64,000 nt of DNA from Centroscyllium fabricii (GCA_051313645.2 JBNRSN020000005.1:300080001-300144000), one strand, 5' to 3'; numbered from the stretch's first letter, positions 24,736 to 37,725 are shown. Notes: generated by a model not told the origin, from the letters alone. A program made the numbers and translations.

Positions 24736-25157
24736 CAGGTACACAATCCTTTATCGGCTACTCCGAAAACCTCCAAAAACTAAAATTGCAAATGACCCGG
24801 CGCTCAGGCCTCGATGCGCCCGGCCACGCAGGCCCCGATGCTCCCGGCGCCCGGCTACGCTGGCCCCGATGCTCCCGGCACCCATACCAGACGGCCCCGA
24901 TGCACCTGACGGCCCCGATGCTCCCGGCACCCGACGGCCCCAATGCTCCCAGCACCCGACCGCTGATCTCTGATATTTTTACAAATAAACTTTACTAGAG
25001 TATTTATAAACTGCTTATAGTCTTTATTTATCCCACTTTTTGTGAATATTCACAAGGTTAATGCAGAAATATTAATGTTAATGCGACCATTCCGAAAATA
25101 TCCGAAATCCGATAACCGTCCGGTCCCAAGGTTTTCGGATAAAGGATTGTGTACCTG
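24736..25157. mobile_element. Tc1/mariner(Tigger)-type MITE, family C
   Basis: 20-bp TIR CAGGTACACAATCCTTTATC; TA flanks; internal ggccccgatgctcccggc repeats. Confidence 0.9.
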
Positions 25158-27079
25158 TATTCGCAAAGGCCTTTTTAATTAAAGGCTGATGTACATGAGC
25201 AGTCAATGCACTACACATTGCGCAGACTTCTGTGTAAAACCCCTTTCGGGTCAGCTCTGTTTTACTTCACCCTATTATATAGTTAATCCCATAAGGCAAA
25301 GTTTTGCTTTTAAACTGAGTTTTCTCTTCTAGATAGTTGGTTCACCTTTTTCCACTAAAAATGTATATCAGTCCCATTTGAGCTTAGTACTGATAGTAAT
25401 TATTTTAACAGTACCTTAACTTTGTTATGAGAATACTTAAAATTTAGCCCTTGGGGATTGGGGAAAAATGGCACTCTCTTAGGCAAATGTACATACCTGT
25501 ACTTATACGTTGCTAGTGTCTGGGAATTTCTAAATGGCGCACTGCTGAGTGGCCCCAACATGCAGTTTTGACAGGCCAATATATAGTTGTTGACTAAATC
25601 CTGACAGTAATGAGCCTGAGTTTGACGTATTTACCTCAGAGCATGGGGCCTAAAACAAGAAGAGACTAGGACCAAAGCACAAAGGAATCTACACCACAAC
25701 TTGCTCTCAGCCAGTTTGTTGGGAGGTGAATAAAGAGTCTTTATTAAATTCACTGACAACTGAAGGTATGTGATTTACACCTGGCACTGCCTGCGGTTGC
25801 AGAGCTATAAGCAATAATTATGCAAATTGACTTGCAGAGCGCTCTTCTCCTTTAATGTTCTCTGACAAGGGTCTTGTTCTGATATCCAGATAGTAATTTG
25901 AAGATGCAGGCAGGGGAGTTGACACATTTTGATGAAAATTCAGCTTATTATTTTTAACCTCACTGATTTACAATATCTAACCTCATCTTCTGCTCCTTTC
26001 CTTATACCTGTTTTGAAGCCTTAGGCTTTACACTGTGAGGATAAACTTCATTCCACACTGCCTTTGTGAATTTAATCTGAAGTCACATTGATTATTTGCA
26101 TTCAGCTTGGTTTAATTCTCTGGAATACTTTCGCTATACAGTGCGCTTTTTGACAAAAAGTAGAAATATACATTAGTACATAGCTATCTGCACTCCAGAT
26201 AAGCTCAGATAGAGAGGAGACTTTTTTAAATACCTCTTCATTTTAAAAGACCAATTTTAATTATTCATTCTGCTAAGATGAGTTTGTTTGCAGTAAAATT
26301 GCTATTGTGATTTCACCACAGGGTGAAAAGAAATGAAGGTTTTTTTTTGTGCTTTTATTTATATATTTTCTAAAAACAAAACAAAGGAAAGTTGCGACTC
26401 AACAGGTCCAGCATTCTGCTCTAACATGTCAGCAAGCTGCACTCTCCTAATTCTGAGGCTGAGCTTTTTTCAGCGATATGTGGAACAAGGACAGCCATAG
26501 TAATGGCTCCATTGTGGGTATCTTGCCCTAAAATCTTTATTAAATTCATCAACAAAAAAAATTATACTCCGAGAAATTAAGATGTCAGAAGTTAGAATGT
26601 TACATTACAAAACTAATATAATTTATTGCATGTTGTTTAACTCATTACAGTTGCACAGACTGAAAGCACTTGAGAATGTTGGTTAAGATGCAGAAGTGTA
26701 TTTTTATTTATGACTAAAATGACCGCAAATATTAGTCATGTACAGGTTAGTGTGACCACAGACGTTCCAGACTCTCTAATGATGTCTGAATATAATGTTA
26801 GTCAGGTCAGCTTGACCTTAATGGTGTCTCAAAATGATCTTCAAGCCGACATGAATCTCTAAAATGTGGTATCCATCATTTTTTATGATTGAAACCTTCT
26901 TTGCACTTCCTCCCTCAGCAATAGGATTAGGCCATTAACTACTTCTTGCCTGCCACCTGCTCAAAGATTAGCCATTAAGAGGTGTACTTCCTTCGCATCA
27001 GACTGATTGCACCAGACCAGTGCTGTGCATTGCCAGCCAGCCTAGAACGGGCAAAAGCCAAAAAGTGACAGCGTGTGAA

Positions 27080-27950
27080 CTCCGGACTTTACCGCCTGTT
27101 ATATCATGCATTTAGGTTTCCTAGGCCGAAAAATTTGTCAGCACACGGATTGGGCGCTAAATTTGGCGATGTGCTAAAATTTAGCACCGGCCCAGCCGAT
27201 ATTGGCGCTAGCGGTGGCCTTGATGATTTTGGCGCGAATTCACGCCTTGGACGTCTTCCAGGCGGCCAATATGCTGCCGCTAATGGCCGTTGCTGGGCGC
27301 AGCGCACCCTCACTAACTGCTTGCTTCCCCATGGCCTCTGCAGCCGATGAGGCCTTAAAGGGGAAGCAGAGCAGCAGCTGTTCTCCGTGCTCTCTGATCA
27401 GTTGCCGCTGGGGGATCGCCCGACCCCCCGATCGGGGGGTGTTACACTGGAAAGCTGAGGGGCTCTGACTTCCTGAAGATAAATTCTGGAAGAATGAAAA
27501 CGGAACACAGCGTGATTCCTGACAGAAGACCGCAGATTCGGGGGCCAGCTCTCTGGTCAGTTCCCGATCGGTGGGTCGTCGCGACCCACCGATCGGGAAC
27601 TGATCAGAGAGCCGGCTCCCCTCCCCGCTCTCTCATCAATTGGCCACTCAGGCCGACTCCCCCCATCAGCTGGCCAAAGAGGGAGGGTGGCCTTTTTAGC
27701 AGCGCTGCAGCGGCCACTCAAACCCGCTGCAGCGCTTGCAAAAGCTGGCGCTGATAGCCCGGGGGGCGGTGGAAAGGCGCTAAGCCCAATATCGGGCGTA
27801 ACCCGCCGGCGGCCGTTGTACACGCATTGCCACGACGATTGTTGATCGGCAGGCGGCGTCGGCGCTAACCACTAGTCCAATTTAGCGCCTGCCGCTAATT
27901 TGGGCGCTACGTCAGTGCTGCCCCATTAGCGCCGATCAATCATTCTCCCC
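27080..27950. mobile_element. GC/CpG-rich MITE-like element with GGCGCTAA/TTAGCGCC repeats (related to 55291-55970)
   Basis: Repeated ggcgcta motifs; right end attctcccc matches the TIR of the 55291 element; left end uncertain. Confidence 0.6.
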
Positions 27951-28719
27951 ACCCCATTTACTAAAGAAATGGGGTATAAATTCACCTTGTATGGTAGCAG
28001 TAGGGTGATAGTGAATTGGCAGCTCGTCTTTCCAGTGGAAATGAAAATTGGGTGGAGAGTGAAACAGGCTGCCGATTTGCTGTCACCCGGTTTACACCAC
28101 GGCCCAAACCAAATTTATACTCCAATGTTTCTTCATTAACAGTAAAAGACTAACTCCAATATTGCATGTAATTCATGCATTATTAATACACTGTCATAGA
28201 TTTTTCATTCTGACATGAGGGATGAGCAGAATAACAGCTGATTTAGCAAATAAAAGGTTAGTCAACTTAAAAAACAGAATTCAAGTTCCAATCCATGGGC
28301 TTCCTGACTCCTCCACAGCCCTCTTTGTTTGAAGCCCCGCTCCTCGAGGATGTAGAATGGGCGGCTGATAAATAGGGTTGTGGTTTTCACTTTATTTTAC
28401 TCCGTTTATACTTTTAAAATTGTGCATTAAATTTGGTACAAGTGAAAAGTAAATGTTGACACTTGGGTAATTTTGGCCTAACCCGCCCGGTGGGAAACTG
28501 CTACGATCAGATCGACTGCCATTTTACACCCCCCCGCCGGCCTGATTTTACTTTCCATTGACTCCCCTGAAAATATAAACACTACAAACCAGACCCCTAG
28601 ATATATCTAGAGAATGAGGATGAATTACCCCCTGCTTTCACACATCTCTTTACCAGCCAGCTCAACAGCAGAATTGACGGAGGCATCTGGGAGTAGGTGT
28701 CGTGGCCAAGAAATAGTAC

Positions 28720-29100
28720 ATAGAAACTAGGAGCAGGAGTAGGCCATTCGGCCCTTCGAGCCTGCTCCGCCATTCAATGCGATCATGGCTGATCATCCAA
28801 ACCCAGCACCCCGCCCCTGCCCTCTCCCCATATCCCTCGATCCCTATCGAGCCTGCACCGACACATATCCCACCCTATCCCCGTAACCCCACATATTCAA
28901 TCCCCCTAACACTAAGGGTCAATTTATCCTGGCCAATCAACCTAACCCGCACGACTGTGGGAGGAAACCGGAGCACCCGGAGGAAACCCACGCAGACACG
29001 GGGAGAATGTGCAAACTCCACACAGATAGTACCCGAGGCTGGATTTGAACCCGAGTCTCCAGTGCTGTGAGACAGCAGTGCTAACCACTGTGCCACCGTG
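28720..29100 (-). mobile_element. tRNA-derived SINE with CR1 tail
   Basis: Near-identical to 60048-60460. Confidence 0.88.
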
Positions 29101-30002
29101 GAGAAACCTTAAAGATGAAAAGTAATTAAAAATGAAAACTTGGGTTTTAAAATTAGCAAATAATTTGAATCAAAATTGTTGGTGCAAAATGAAAAAATGA
29201 AAAAATGAAGCCTGACAGGTTTTTTTTGTTAAGGCCTCAATTTATTATTTTTTGGCAGTTCCTTTCGTTCGCATCCAGCTTTGAACTACCTAAACATTTA
29301 AATTCTAAATCATCCCTAGATTTGGCGCGAGATTCAGATTTTCTTTCTTTTGCTTCAGAATTCCAGATTTCTTCTGGAACTCTGGAAACAAATAAGTTCT
29401 TGGGATAGTTTTTCTGCCTCCTTGCCATTTTCTTTCTAGAAAGAGAAATTGAACTGACTTTTATTTATTTTGGTAATAAGTGCCTAAACCTGTCGCTTAA
29501 ACAATGTGCCATATCCTGGATAAAATGAGTAATCAGTAAGATTATTACTGCAGTAGATTTTTATTGCTCATTGTTTAGTAAAATTCATCTATTTTTTCCA
29601 GAAGGTGATTGACATGACAGGGAAGATAATAGGGTTTAAGTGGTGAAGATGCTTGAGCTGGCGGCCTATACCAAACACACCTCTTAAAGGGATAAGGTCC
29701 ATATTGTTGGCCTAGACAGTTAGTAATATTCAAAGTACCTCCAATGTTAAAAACATTGAATAAAATTATATTATTTAATCAGTAAATCTACATGTGTTTA
29801 ATAAATCTATATAGATTGAACATTTGATACAGTAATATTTTTCATATGAAGGTAGTGCCAACACGATGAATATATTTTACCTTTTTAATAGTTCTAAAAT
29901 ATAGTGTAATTCATAGAATCATAGAATAGTGCAGCACAGAAGGAGGCCATTCGGCCCGTCGAGTCTGTGCCGGCTCTTTCCAGCTCCCTGCTCTTTCCCC
30001 AT

Positions 30003-31046
30003 TGTGGTAAACCTGTAATACTGGGGGGATTTTCATGCCCCCATGAGGCGGGCTTTTCAGCGGGTCGGCGATCAAAATAGTGGATCCGGCGGGTCGCGAC
30101 CCCCCTCCCTGCCGGATCCCCACCGATTTCCCATTTTCGGTCGGCCTGTTTCCCCGACCCGAATCTTTGCGGCCGGCGGGGATGGCTGATCAGATGATTA
30201 AGGGCTCTTAATTGGCATGTGTAATGCCATTTTAAGGGCCCTTGGGGATTTTCAGCCCCTTCCCACCCTAACCACGCCATCCTCAACCCCGCTGGGTGAA
30301 ACCCAGCGGGGGCACAATGATTTTAAAACTTACTCCTTCCAGGTGTTGAAGGCCTTGGAGCTAAATGCTTCCCAGGCCTTCACCACACTGCAGGAGTAAG
30401 TCACTCCCTTAGGGCAGCAGCAGCTGTGGGGAAAAATTTCAAAAACTGCCTTCCCCATCTCCAGTGACAGACGCTGGCTCTCTGTCAAAAATTTGAAGCC
30501 CGTCCGCCCACCTGTCGCTCAGCAGCACATGCCTTTCCCCATTGGTCACACTTCACTGTGAGGTCACAGTGGAGTGTTTCCATGGGAACTGTTAGCAAAC
30601 AGTTCCCGCATTTCCCTCAAGGTGCAGTTTCAGCGCCGTAATTGGCCTGCTACAATTAGCTCAGGCACCCCGCAAGCGGGGATTTAATTGACTAATTAGT
30701 CAAAAATAGTGTGGCCTTCCCAGGCCCTTGGCCGGGTGGGTCAGAAACCTGCCCCGACCAATCCCCGCCAGGTTCCCGCTCATCCCGCAAAATCCCCCCG
30801 AATGTTTCCCACTGATATACTGTGCTGTATATAGTTACCTCTTGGTTGCCTCTTGTCCCACCTATATCTACCTGGGATGTCTCGGTCGGCTCCACCTCCA
30901 CCAACAGGCTGTGGTATAAAGGTGGCAGCCCTGCTGACCTCATGGCATTCCAGGACCAGATTGTGATAAGACCTGTACTCCAGTTCTTAGGTAATTAAGG
31001 CTTTTATTAACAAACTCCTCGTTTAGCTGTAATTGATCGTGCATCA
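30003..31046 (+). mobile_element. Solo LTR (same terminal motifs as the 5626 LTR) interrupted by a MITE
   Basis: TGTGGTAAACC...ATTGATCGTGCATCA; 5-bp TSD CCCAT (29998-30002, 31047-31051); TATAAA near 30916. Confidence 0.87.
30023..30799. mobile_element. Harbinger-type MITE inside the solo LTR
   Basis: TIR GGGGGGATTTT / AAAATCCCCCC; homologous to the 33460, 51812 and 58454 elements. Confidence 0.8.
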
Positions 31047-31403
31047 CCCATATCTTTGCAATTCTTTCTACTTCAAGTATTTACCCCCTTGGCTTTTGAA
31101 GGCTACTATTGAATCTGTATCTACCACCATATCAGGCAGTGCATTCCTCTTAACCTTCTCTGCTCCAAGAACAACAACCCCAGCTTCTCCAGTCTATCCA
31201 TGTAACTGTAATCCCTCATCCCTGGAACCATTCTAGTAAGTCTCTTCTGCACCCTCTCCAAAGCCTTCACGTCCTTCCTAAAGTGTGGTGCCCACAATTG
31301 GACACAATACTCCAACACACTACTCCAACTGGGGCCGGACTAGTGTTTTATATCGGTTTAGCATCATTTCCTGGATTTTGTACTCTATGCCTCTATTTAT
31401 AAA

Positions 31404-31578
31404 TTGTTAGAAGTCACACAACACCAGGTTATAGTCCAACAGTTTTATTTGAAATCACAAACTTTCGGAGCATAGCTCCTTCATCAGGTGTATGTAAAAG
31501 AGATACATTTAAACACAGCATATAGAGAGGGAGAGAACAATGCAATCTTTACAACTGTCCAACATCACACCTATTTGA
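31404..31578 (-). mobile_element. Penelope-like terminal fragment with hammerhead-like motif, inserted in CR1
   Basis: 12-bp TSD tctatttataaa (31392-31403, 31579-31590); minus strand CAC-CTGATGA-A-GGAGC-TAT-GCTCC-GAAAGTTT-GTG. Confidence 0.82.
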
Positions 31579-32900
31579 TCTATTTATAAAGCCCAGGATC
31601 CCATGTGCATTATTTAATTGCTTTGTTAACCTGTCCTGCCACCTTCAAAGATTTATGCACAAACACCCCCAGGTCTCTCTGTTCTTGCACCCCCTTTGAA
31701 ATTGAAGTTCGATCATGTTTGCTATAGTCTCATACTTTTCACTCTCGCGTCCCTATTAACTTTTCACTCTCGTGTCCCTATTAACCCTAACAGACCAACA
31801 TGGAGTCAGGTCACAGATCAGCCATGATCTCATTAAATGGCGGAACAGGCTCGAGGGGCTGAATGGCCTACTCCTGTTCCTATGTAACAGCTTTATGATA
31901 AATGTCCATGAATTGTTTAAATAATCTATTTCTTATGTTGACATTTGGTACGTTCTGTGAATCATTTTGTGAATATGATATGCAGCTCCTTACGAAAAAT
32001 AGGATTATCTGAATTTTCCAGAAATTGGATTCAAAATATAAAATCTTATATTCTTAAACCTGCCAAATAGTTGTGGACTGTTCTACATAGGATTATCTGC
32101 TTGCATTGTGAATGTTGCAATATTACAAAACACAGATTTCTGGCTCCCAGCATTTTTTTTTCGTGGAGTGGGGGAGGTTATGGTGTGTCAAGTTTTGAAT
32201 TATGATTATAGAAGACCAGCAAAAGTGACATGAAGCTGGCAAGAGTCTTTGTTGATATTTGGCCACAGCTCCATGACCTTAATTAATGACAGCCCCAGTG
32301 CCAACCAGCTGCCTCATTTATTCTTTGCCCCTCCCCCCTACACCAGTCACTCTCAACTTCACCTCATCGCATCATTGAACAAACACAATGGAATTAGTTT
32401 GGTTGTTCCCTGAGGTTTTTTTTCAGGGACTGATGGCTTCAGTCAGCAGCAGGCATGTTTAATTGTGGAATGAAGAATGCTCTATCTCTATATCTCATAT
32501 CCTTAGGAAAACAATTATAACCTTTGTTTCAAAAATGAAATACTTTCCCAGGGAGACCTATCCCCACTGGAGTTCTGGCGCATGAAGCTATGGCACCAGG
32601 AAAAGTGTTCATTTTTAAAAATTGGATAAACATTATTTTTTGTAAATTGGATTATCTTTTTTTTTTTACATTGGCCTGTTTGAAGTGCAAGTAAAATTTC
32701 CAAATCTGTAACAGATATGTTGTTTTAGTTTGTATATCTTTAAAAAAAAATTAAGTTAATTTATTTGAATTGTGCAAACTGTACTCTGCATAAATGTTTT
32801 TTTTAATGCTTTATTTTTCTGATACTGTTAAATCCAAAATCTCAGGAGCAACAAATCGAATAGTCCCTCTTTTTGAGTCCATGGTGTAAATTACACAGTA

Positions 32901-33438
32901 CAGGTTGAGCACCGTTAATCCGTTACCCGAAAAATCGGCAACTTCGAACGTCCGGCAATAATTTCCCCGACTGCCCCGCGCATGCGCAAAATGGCAATAA
33001 TCTGCGCATGCACAGATCATTCACAATGGTCTCTCCGAGCCGATAGCGGGCTGGGCCGGGACTCCCCGATCGCGGGCTGGGCCGGGACTCCCCGATCGCG
33101 GGCTGGGCCGGGACTCCCCGATCGCGGGCTGGGCCGGGACTCCCCGATCGCGGGCTGGGCCGGGACTCCCCGAGCGCGGGCTGGGCCGGGACTCCCCGAG
33201 CGCGGGCTGGGCTGGGACTCCCCGAATGATGCTGGGCTGGGACTCCCCGAATGATGCTGGGCCGGGACTCCCCGAACGATAAGCGCATGTGCAGACCACT
33301 CAAAATAGCCACCGACTTTCGCAGCAGCCATTTTGAATGGTCTGCGCATGCGCTCGCTGAAGCTTCAATCATTCGTGATTTTCACTTTCCCGGCACGGGC
33401 CTGGTCCCGACCGTGCCGGATTAACGGTGCTCAACCTG
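32901..33438. mobile_element. Tc1/mariner-type MITE, family B, with 26-bp minisatellite
   Basis: TIRs and TA flanks; about 9 units of gcgggctgggccgggactccccgatc at about 33046-33275. Confidence 0.9.
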
Positions 33439-33459
33439 TACTATAGCTGAACGGAGACT

Positions 33460-34249
33460 GGGGTGGGGGGGGGGGAATTTCACCAGAAGGTCGGGAACCT
33501 GGCGGGGATTGGTCTGGGCCGCCTCCGGCCCCCCCTCCCCTCCCCGCCCAAACAGCTGGGAAGGCCACGCAATTTTAGTTTAATTAGGTTGTTAAATCCA
33601 CGCCAGCGGCAGCGGGAGGTAATTAGGTCAATCGAGTCGGGCTGCATCAGGGCTGCGAGGAGTTTGAATGACAGTTCCAGCACTGGTTGTTGACAGTTCC
33701 CATGGAAACACTCCACTGTGACATCACAGTCGAGTGGAATCAATAGGAACGGTCAAGTGCTGGTGACTGATAGGTGGGCCGGTGGGCTCAGAATTCTTGA
33801 CCGCGTGCAGCGGCTGTGAGGAAATGTTCAGAGCTGAGTTTTCTCAGTCTCTGCTCACAGCTGCTGCAGCCACAGCGGAGTTACTTACTCCTCTAAGGTG
33901 CTGGAAGCATGCCAAGCATTTAGCAGCATGTCCTTCACACCTTGAAGGAGAAAGTAATAACCAGCGCTGTGCTCCCGCTGGGTTTCACCTAGCGGGGTTT
34001 AGGGTGGCGGTGTTAGGGCGGGAAACAGGGCAAAATGGCTGAGGGCCCTTAAAATGGCATTAAAGATGCCAATTAAGGGCTCTTAACGAGGTGACAACCC
34101 ATCCCCGCCGGCCAGCGGCGGGAAGGTTTCTGGGCGGGGGAAAATGAGAAAGCAGTGTGGGGGTGGGGGGGGGGGACCTGCTGGTTGCGCTATTTTGCCG
34201 GCCGGGCCGCCGAAAACCCCGCCTCACGGGGACATGAAAATCCCCCCCC
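33460..34249. mobile_element. Harbinger-type MITE, close copy of 51812-52599
   Basis: G-run/C-run TIRs; long near-identity with the 51812 copy (both yield the same spurious ORF ...HLEGESNNQRCAPAGFHLAG). Confidence 0.85.
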
Positions 34250-36178
34250 TGGAAGTCTCCCAAGAAGTAGCTTTACTCACTCTGTTTCAAATAAGTTTTA
34301 AACGCCCAAGCTTTAACTTAATTCTGTGCATATTTGCTAAGGTTTAAAAAAAATAGAGCTGTGTTAACAAACTGAAATTATTTTGGCACGGATTAGTGAT
34401 GGTTGCTAAAACTGGCATTGCCATATGTTAAGATATGCTGGAAGATTGTTAATGTGTTTCATAACATGCAGCACTTGAATACTGGATTAAAATTAACCTG
34501 AAAATCACGTGCTCATGTCTATAGGATCTTCTCCTCATTTGGGCCTGTCATTGGCAATTAGAAGTCAGATATAGTAATGTAACTGATAGTGGTCCAGTCA
34601 CAATGCTCAGCTTTAACTGTTGCGTGTCAATTTTTTGTTTTTGAAATGGGAAGGAGTGACTGAGGCATTCTCATTTCCCAATTAAACTTCAGACAGCATC
34701 TGTGCATGGGTCGTTTGCCTCTTTGTCAATCTCAGTTCATGTAGTTTTTAATGGCCATTTCAGACCTATTCCCAGAAATGAAAACCTCTTGGTCTTTCAT
34801 ACCACTCAAATGATCATCTATAGTCTGAAAATATTCATTAATTACAAAAAGACCTTGTTTTCAGATAAAAAGCTCACATATCCAGATGATTGGACACGGT
34901 ATGCTTAAAGGGCATCAAATAGTTTTTGAAGCACAAGATAATTTGCAAGGAAATCTGAATTCTGATAACCAATTTGAGGCCTTCTGTTTTGCTCAGAAAA
35001 TTGAGAAAAGTGAAAATGCCTTTCAGTAGTAACCCGAAGGCAACTGGAAGTTACTTGTATTTGATTGTTTAGTATAGGAGTGGAAATCCTTGACTTGAGG
35101 TTCAGGTGAGCCTCTAACATATGAATGTGGGACTGAGAACATTTCAGTGAATGTACCACTGAGTTAACTGTGGCCTTATAATAAGGCAAGGTTGCCCCAT
35201 GAATTAATTCCCAGTAGATGCCTGGATCCAGCCAAATATGTTTGACTATATCAAAGGTCTTATTGTTAACCAGGGGCACCATTTCTTTGCAATGCAATCA
35301 AAATGTTTGCTTGTGAAAGAATATGTTGGCAAATTCAAAACACCCATTTAGAAATGCTGGCAAGCTAATAAAAGTAACATAGATGATGGTGTTGATTCTC
35401 ATTTGTATTTCTAAGCTTGCTCTTCATAGATCCTTAAAAGTGCTGTTGGTCCTTCCAGTGTTTTCTTTGGGGGTCTGTAGCTGTTCTGTGGTCTCCTTTC
35501 AAAGTTTAAAGGAATTTCAGTGCTTTTTAAACTAAATACTTTTTACAAGCTCATAGCTATTAAAGCAGGATGTTGCTTCATACGTCATGGAAAAACAAAG
35601 GAATAGCTTCATTAACCAGGCTCGCACTTCAGTACTACCTATATATTTAAATGATATTTCCATGAGGCAGAACATAATTTTATGCTGAACTTCTCGCAAT
35701 AGCTGAAGCAACATTTCTCCTCTTAACATAGATAGCGTTTATATTTGTTTGCGCCACAAAGAAGTTAGCTGATGTAAAAAATGTGTTTTTGTAAGTATTT
35801 TAATTTAACAGATTTTTCTCTGTGATTAAAACAATCCATGAAACTAAATATCCTCATCAATCATTCTCAATCAATTTACCAGTCATGCTGTGCAACGAAA
35901 ATTAAAATCCAATGAAAACAACAAAGATTAAATCTGATTTTTAAAAGTGCAAAACTTCTCTTTAAAAAAAAATACTTGGCCCCTCCGAAGGGGAGCGGAG
36001 GGTCAAAGCAGAAACTCAAATAAGCAACATTTCATCAAACATGCAATTGTTTTCTTTTAAATGTATTAATGAAATGTCAAGATCTGGGAAATATCAAAAA
36101 AAAATAATGCTGCATTTAGTTGCACTCATTTTGTCTGTACCAATGTAAATTAAGTTTTTTTTTTCAAATTTATTTCAG

Positions 36179-36369
36179 AGCGGTCACCCCACAGGCCTAT
36201 CCTTCAAGCAGGATTGCCTGCTAACAAAACTGTGTTGGTGGGGAGTGATGTGGAATTTGTGTGTAAAGTGTTCAGTGACGCCCAGCCCCATATACAATGG
36301 CTGAAGAACGTTGAAAATAATGGCAGTAGATATCGTCCAGACGGGTCCCTTTACGTCCATGTCTTAAAG
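36179..36369 (+). CDS. FGFR2: FGFR2 exon IIIa ([16 protein letters not shown]...VHVLK)
   Basis: tatttcag acceptor, gtttga donor, 191 bp; invariant [16 protein letters not shown] linker. Confidence 0.97.
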
Positions 36370-36862
36370 GTTTGAGAATTCAACAAGGCTTTCTAAATGT
36401 TTATGTTTCATGAAAATTGTGAAAGAGTGATGCTCATTATCAAGAAGAGCAAGGAATATCCATATTTAAGTTACATTTTTAAGTACAAATGTTTGTAAAT
36501 ATCCAAAGCATGTATATATATATTAATTGAATTGCTTTTCTTCCAATGTTACATCTTGTATTCTATTTCCTAGACAGTTACAATACATTTTAAGTTTAAA
36601 TTGTGTTAAAATATGCTGAAGAAAACCGGTATGAACTGATCATACAGAATAGTCCTTTTAGTTATTTTTGATATTACTTGTTCTATTTTCTTCCTTCATA
36701 CCATAAGATTGTCACGCATTTTGTTAGAGGAGATAGTTTGTTTTATTTATTTCATGAAATTATTTCATATAGAGAGAGGACTGATGCTGGTGGTGGGATA
36801 GTAGCTCTGTTCATACGAGAACAGCGGTTATATTGTTACCTTCTGTTATTGGTTTGTTCTAG

Positions 36863-37013
36863 CATTCGGGGATAAATAGTTCCAATGCAGAAGTGCTGAA
36901 TCTGTACAATGTGACTGAGGCGGACAGTGGAGAATATATATGTAAGGTCTCCAATTATATTGGAGCTGTCAATCAGTCTGCTTGGCTCACTGTTGCTCAA
37001 TTCTCCCCAAAAG
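36863..37013 (+). CDS. FGFR2: FGFR2 alternative exon IIIb ([50 protein letters not shown])
   Basis: gttctag acceptor, gtaaca donor, 151 bp, phase 0 to 1; matches the epithelial IIIb exon. Confidence 0.96.
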
Positions 37014-37191
37014 GTAACACTTTTAGGAAACCAATTACAAAGCTCTTCCCATGGTAAATGAACTTGGGGAAAACGGCTGATTCATGCTGGGAGATGCTTG
37101 GAAGATTGCAAGCAACTTACGGGATCTTTGGGCTTTGGGTTATTCATGGTCCCTTAACCTCCTTTCCGTGATGCAACTTGATGCACGCTAG

Positions 37192-37213
37192 TCATGGAAA
37201 AATACCCACAATA
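37192..37213 (+). promoter_or_regulatory. IAS2/ISE2 intronic splicing element (5' arm of the IIIb-activating RNA stem)
   Basis: tcatggaaaaatacccacaata is complementary to 37464-37487 and resembles mammalian IAS2. Confidence 0.88.
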
Positions 37214-37463
37214 TGTGGCCAAACTATCCCTTGCTGTACATTACGGCTGACATTTTCGCCTGTTAAACTTATTCTGTCTTGTTCATCTCTCTGCAGTTTT
37301 TTTTCTTTCCTCTGTCAATATTTCAATGTATCTATTTACCTCAATGCCTCTTTCTTAAGCCGATAGTACATTTCCATTTCCCTTTCCCCATTTTATGTGC
37401 ATTACCTTCTACTTCATTTCATGCTTCCTTTATTCTAAGAAAAATAGGATAAAGAAAACAAAT

Positions 37464-37500
37464 TATTGTGGGCCTATTTTTCCATGAGTTAAATTGCATG
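37464..37500 (+). promoter_or_regulatory. ISAR/IAS3 core (3' arm of the stem) followed by an RBFOX UGCAUG site
   Basis: tattgtggg-cc-tatttttccatga pairs with IAS2 over 22 bp with a 2-nt bulge; TGCATG at 37495-37500. Confidence 0.88.
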
Positions 37501-37725
37501 CTTAGAAGGGTGAGTTAAAGATGGTGACGGATATCTGTGATTATTCCATAAAACAAGCTTGGAGTTTGGAGCAAGCTTTGGATGACGGGTTGTGGATAGG
37601 GAGTACATCAGGTTGCTGCACCTCTGCTGTTAAGCAACGGTACTGGGTTGTTGTCCCTGTCCACAAATATCTCATGTTTGTCTTGCTTGTATATTTTTTT
37701 GTTTTTGCTTCCCTTTTTCTTCTAG

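Larger units (their letters stand above)
29911..31705 (-). mobile_element. CR1-type LINE 3' fragment split by nested insertions
   Basis: Tail at 29911-30002, body resumes 31052-31403 (LEYCVQLWAPHFRKDV) and 31579-31705. Confidence 0.85.

Noticed and set aside
31734-31785. 25-bp tandem duplication (also a short one at about 571-600)
   Set aside because: Local slippage duplications with no sign of function.
33046-33275. Regular 26-bp repeats as a CRISPR array (also 23440-23650)
   Set aside because: Units are directly tandem with no unique spacers, lie inside MITEs, and the context is a vertebrate intron with no cas genes.
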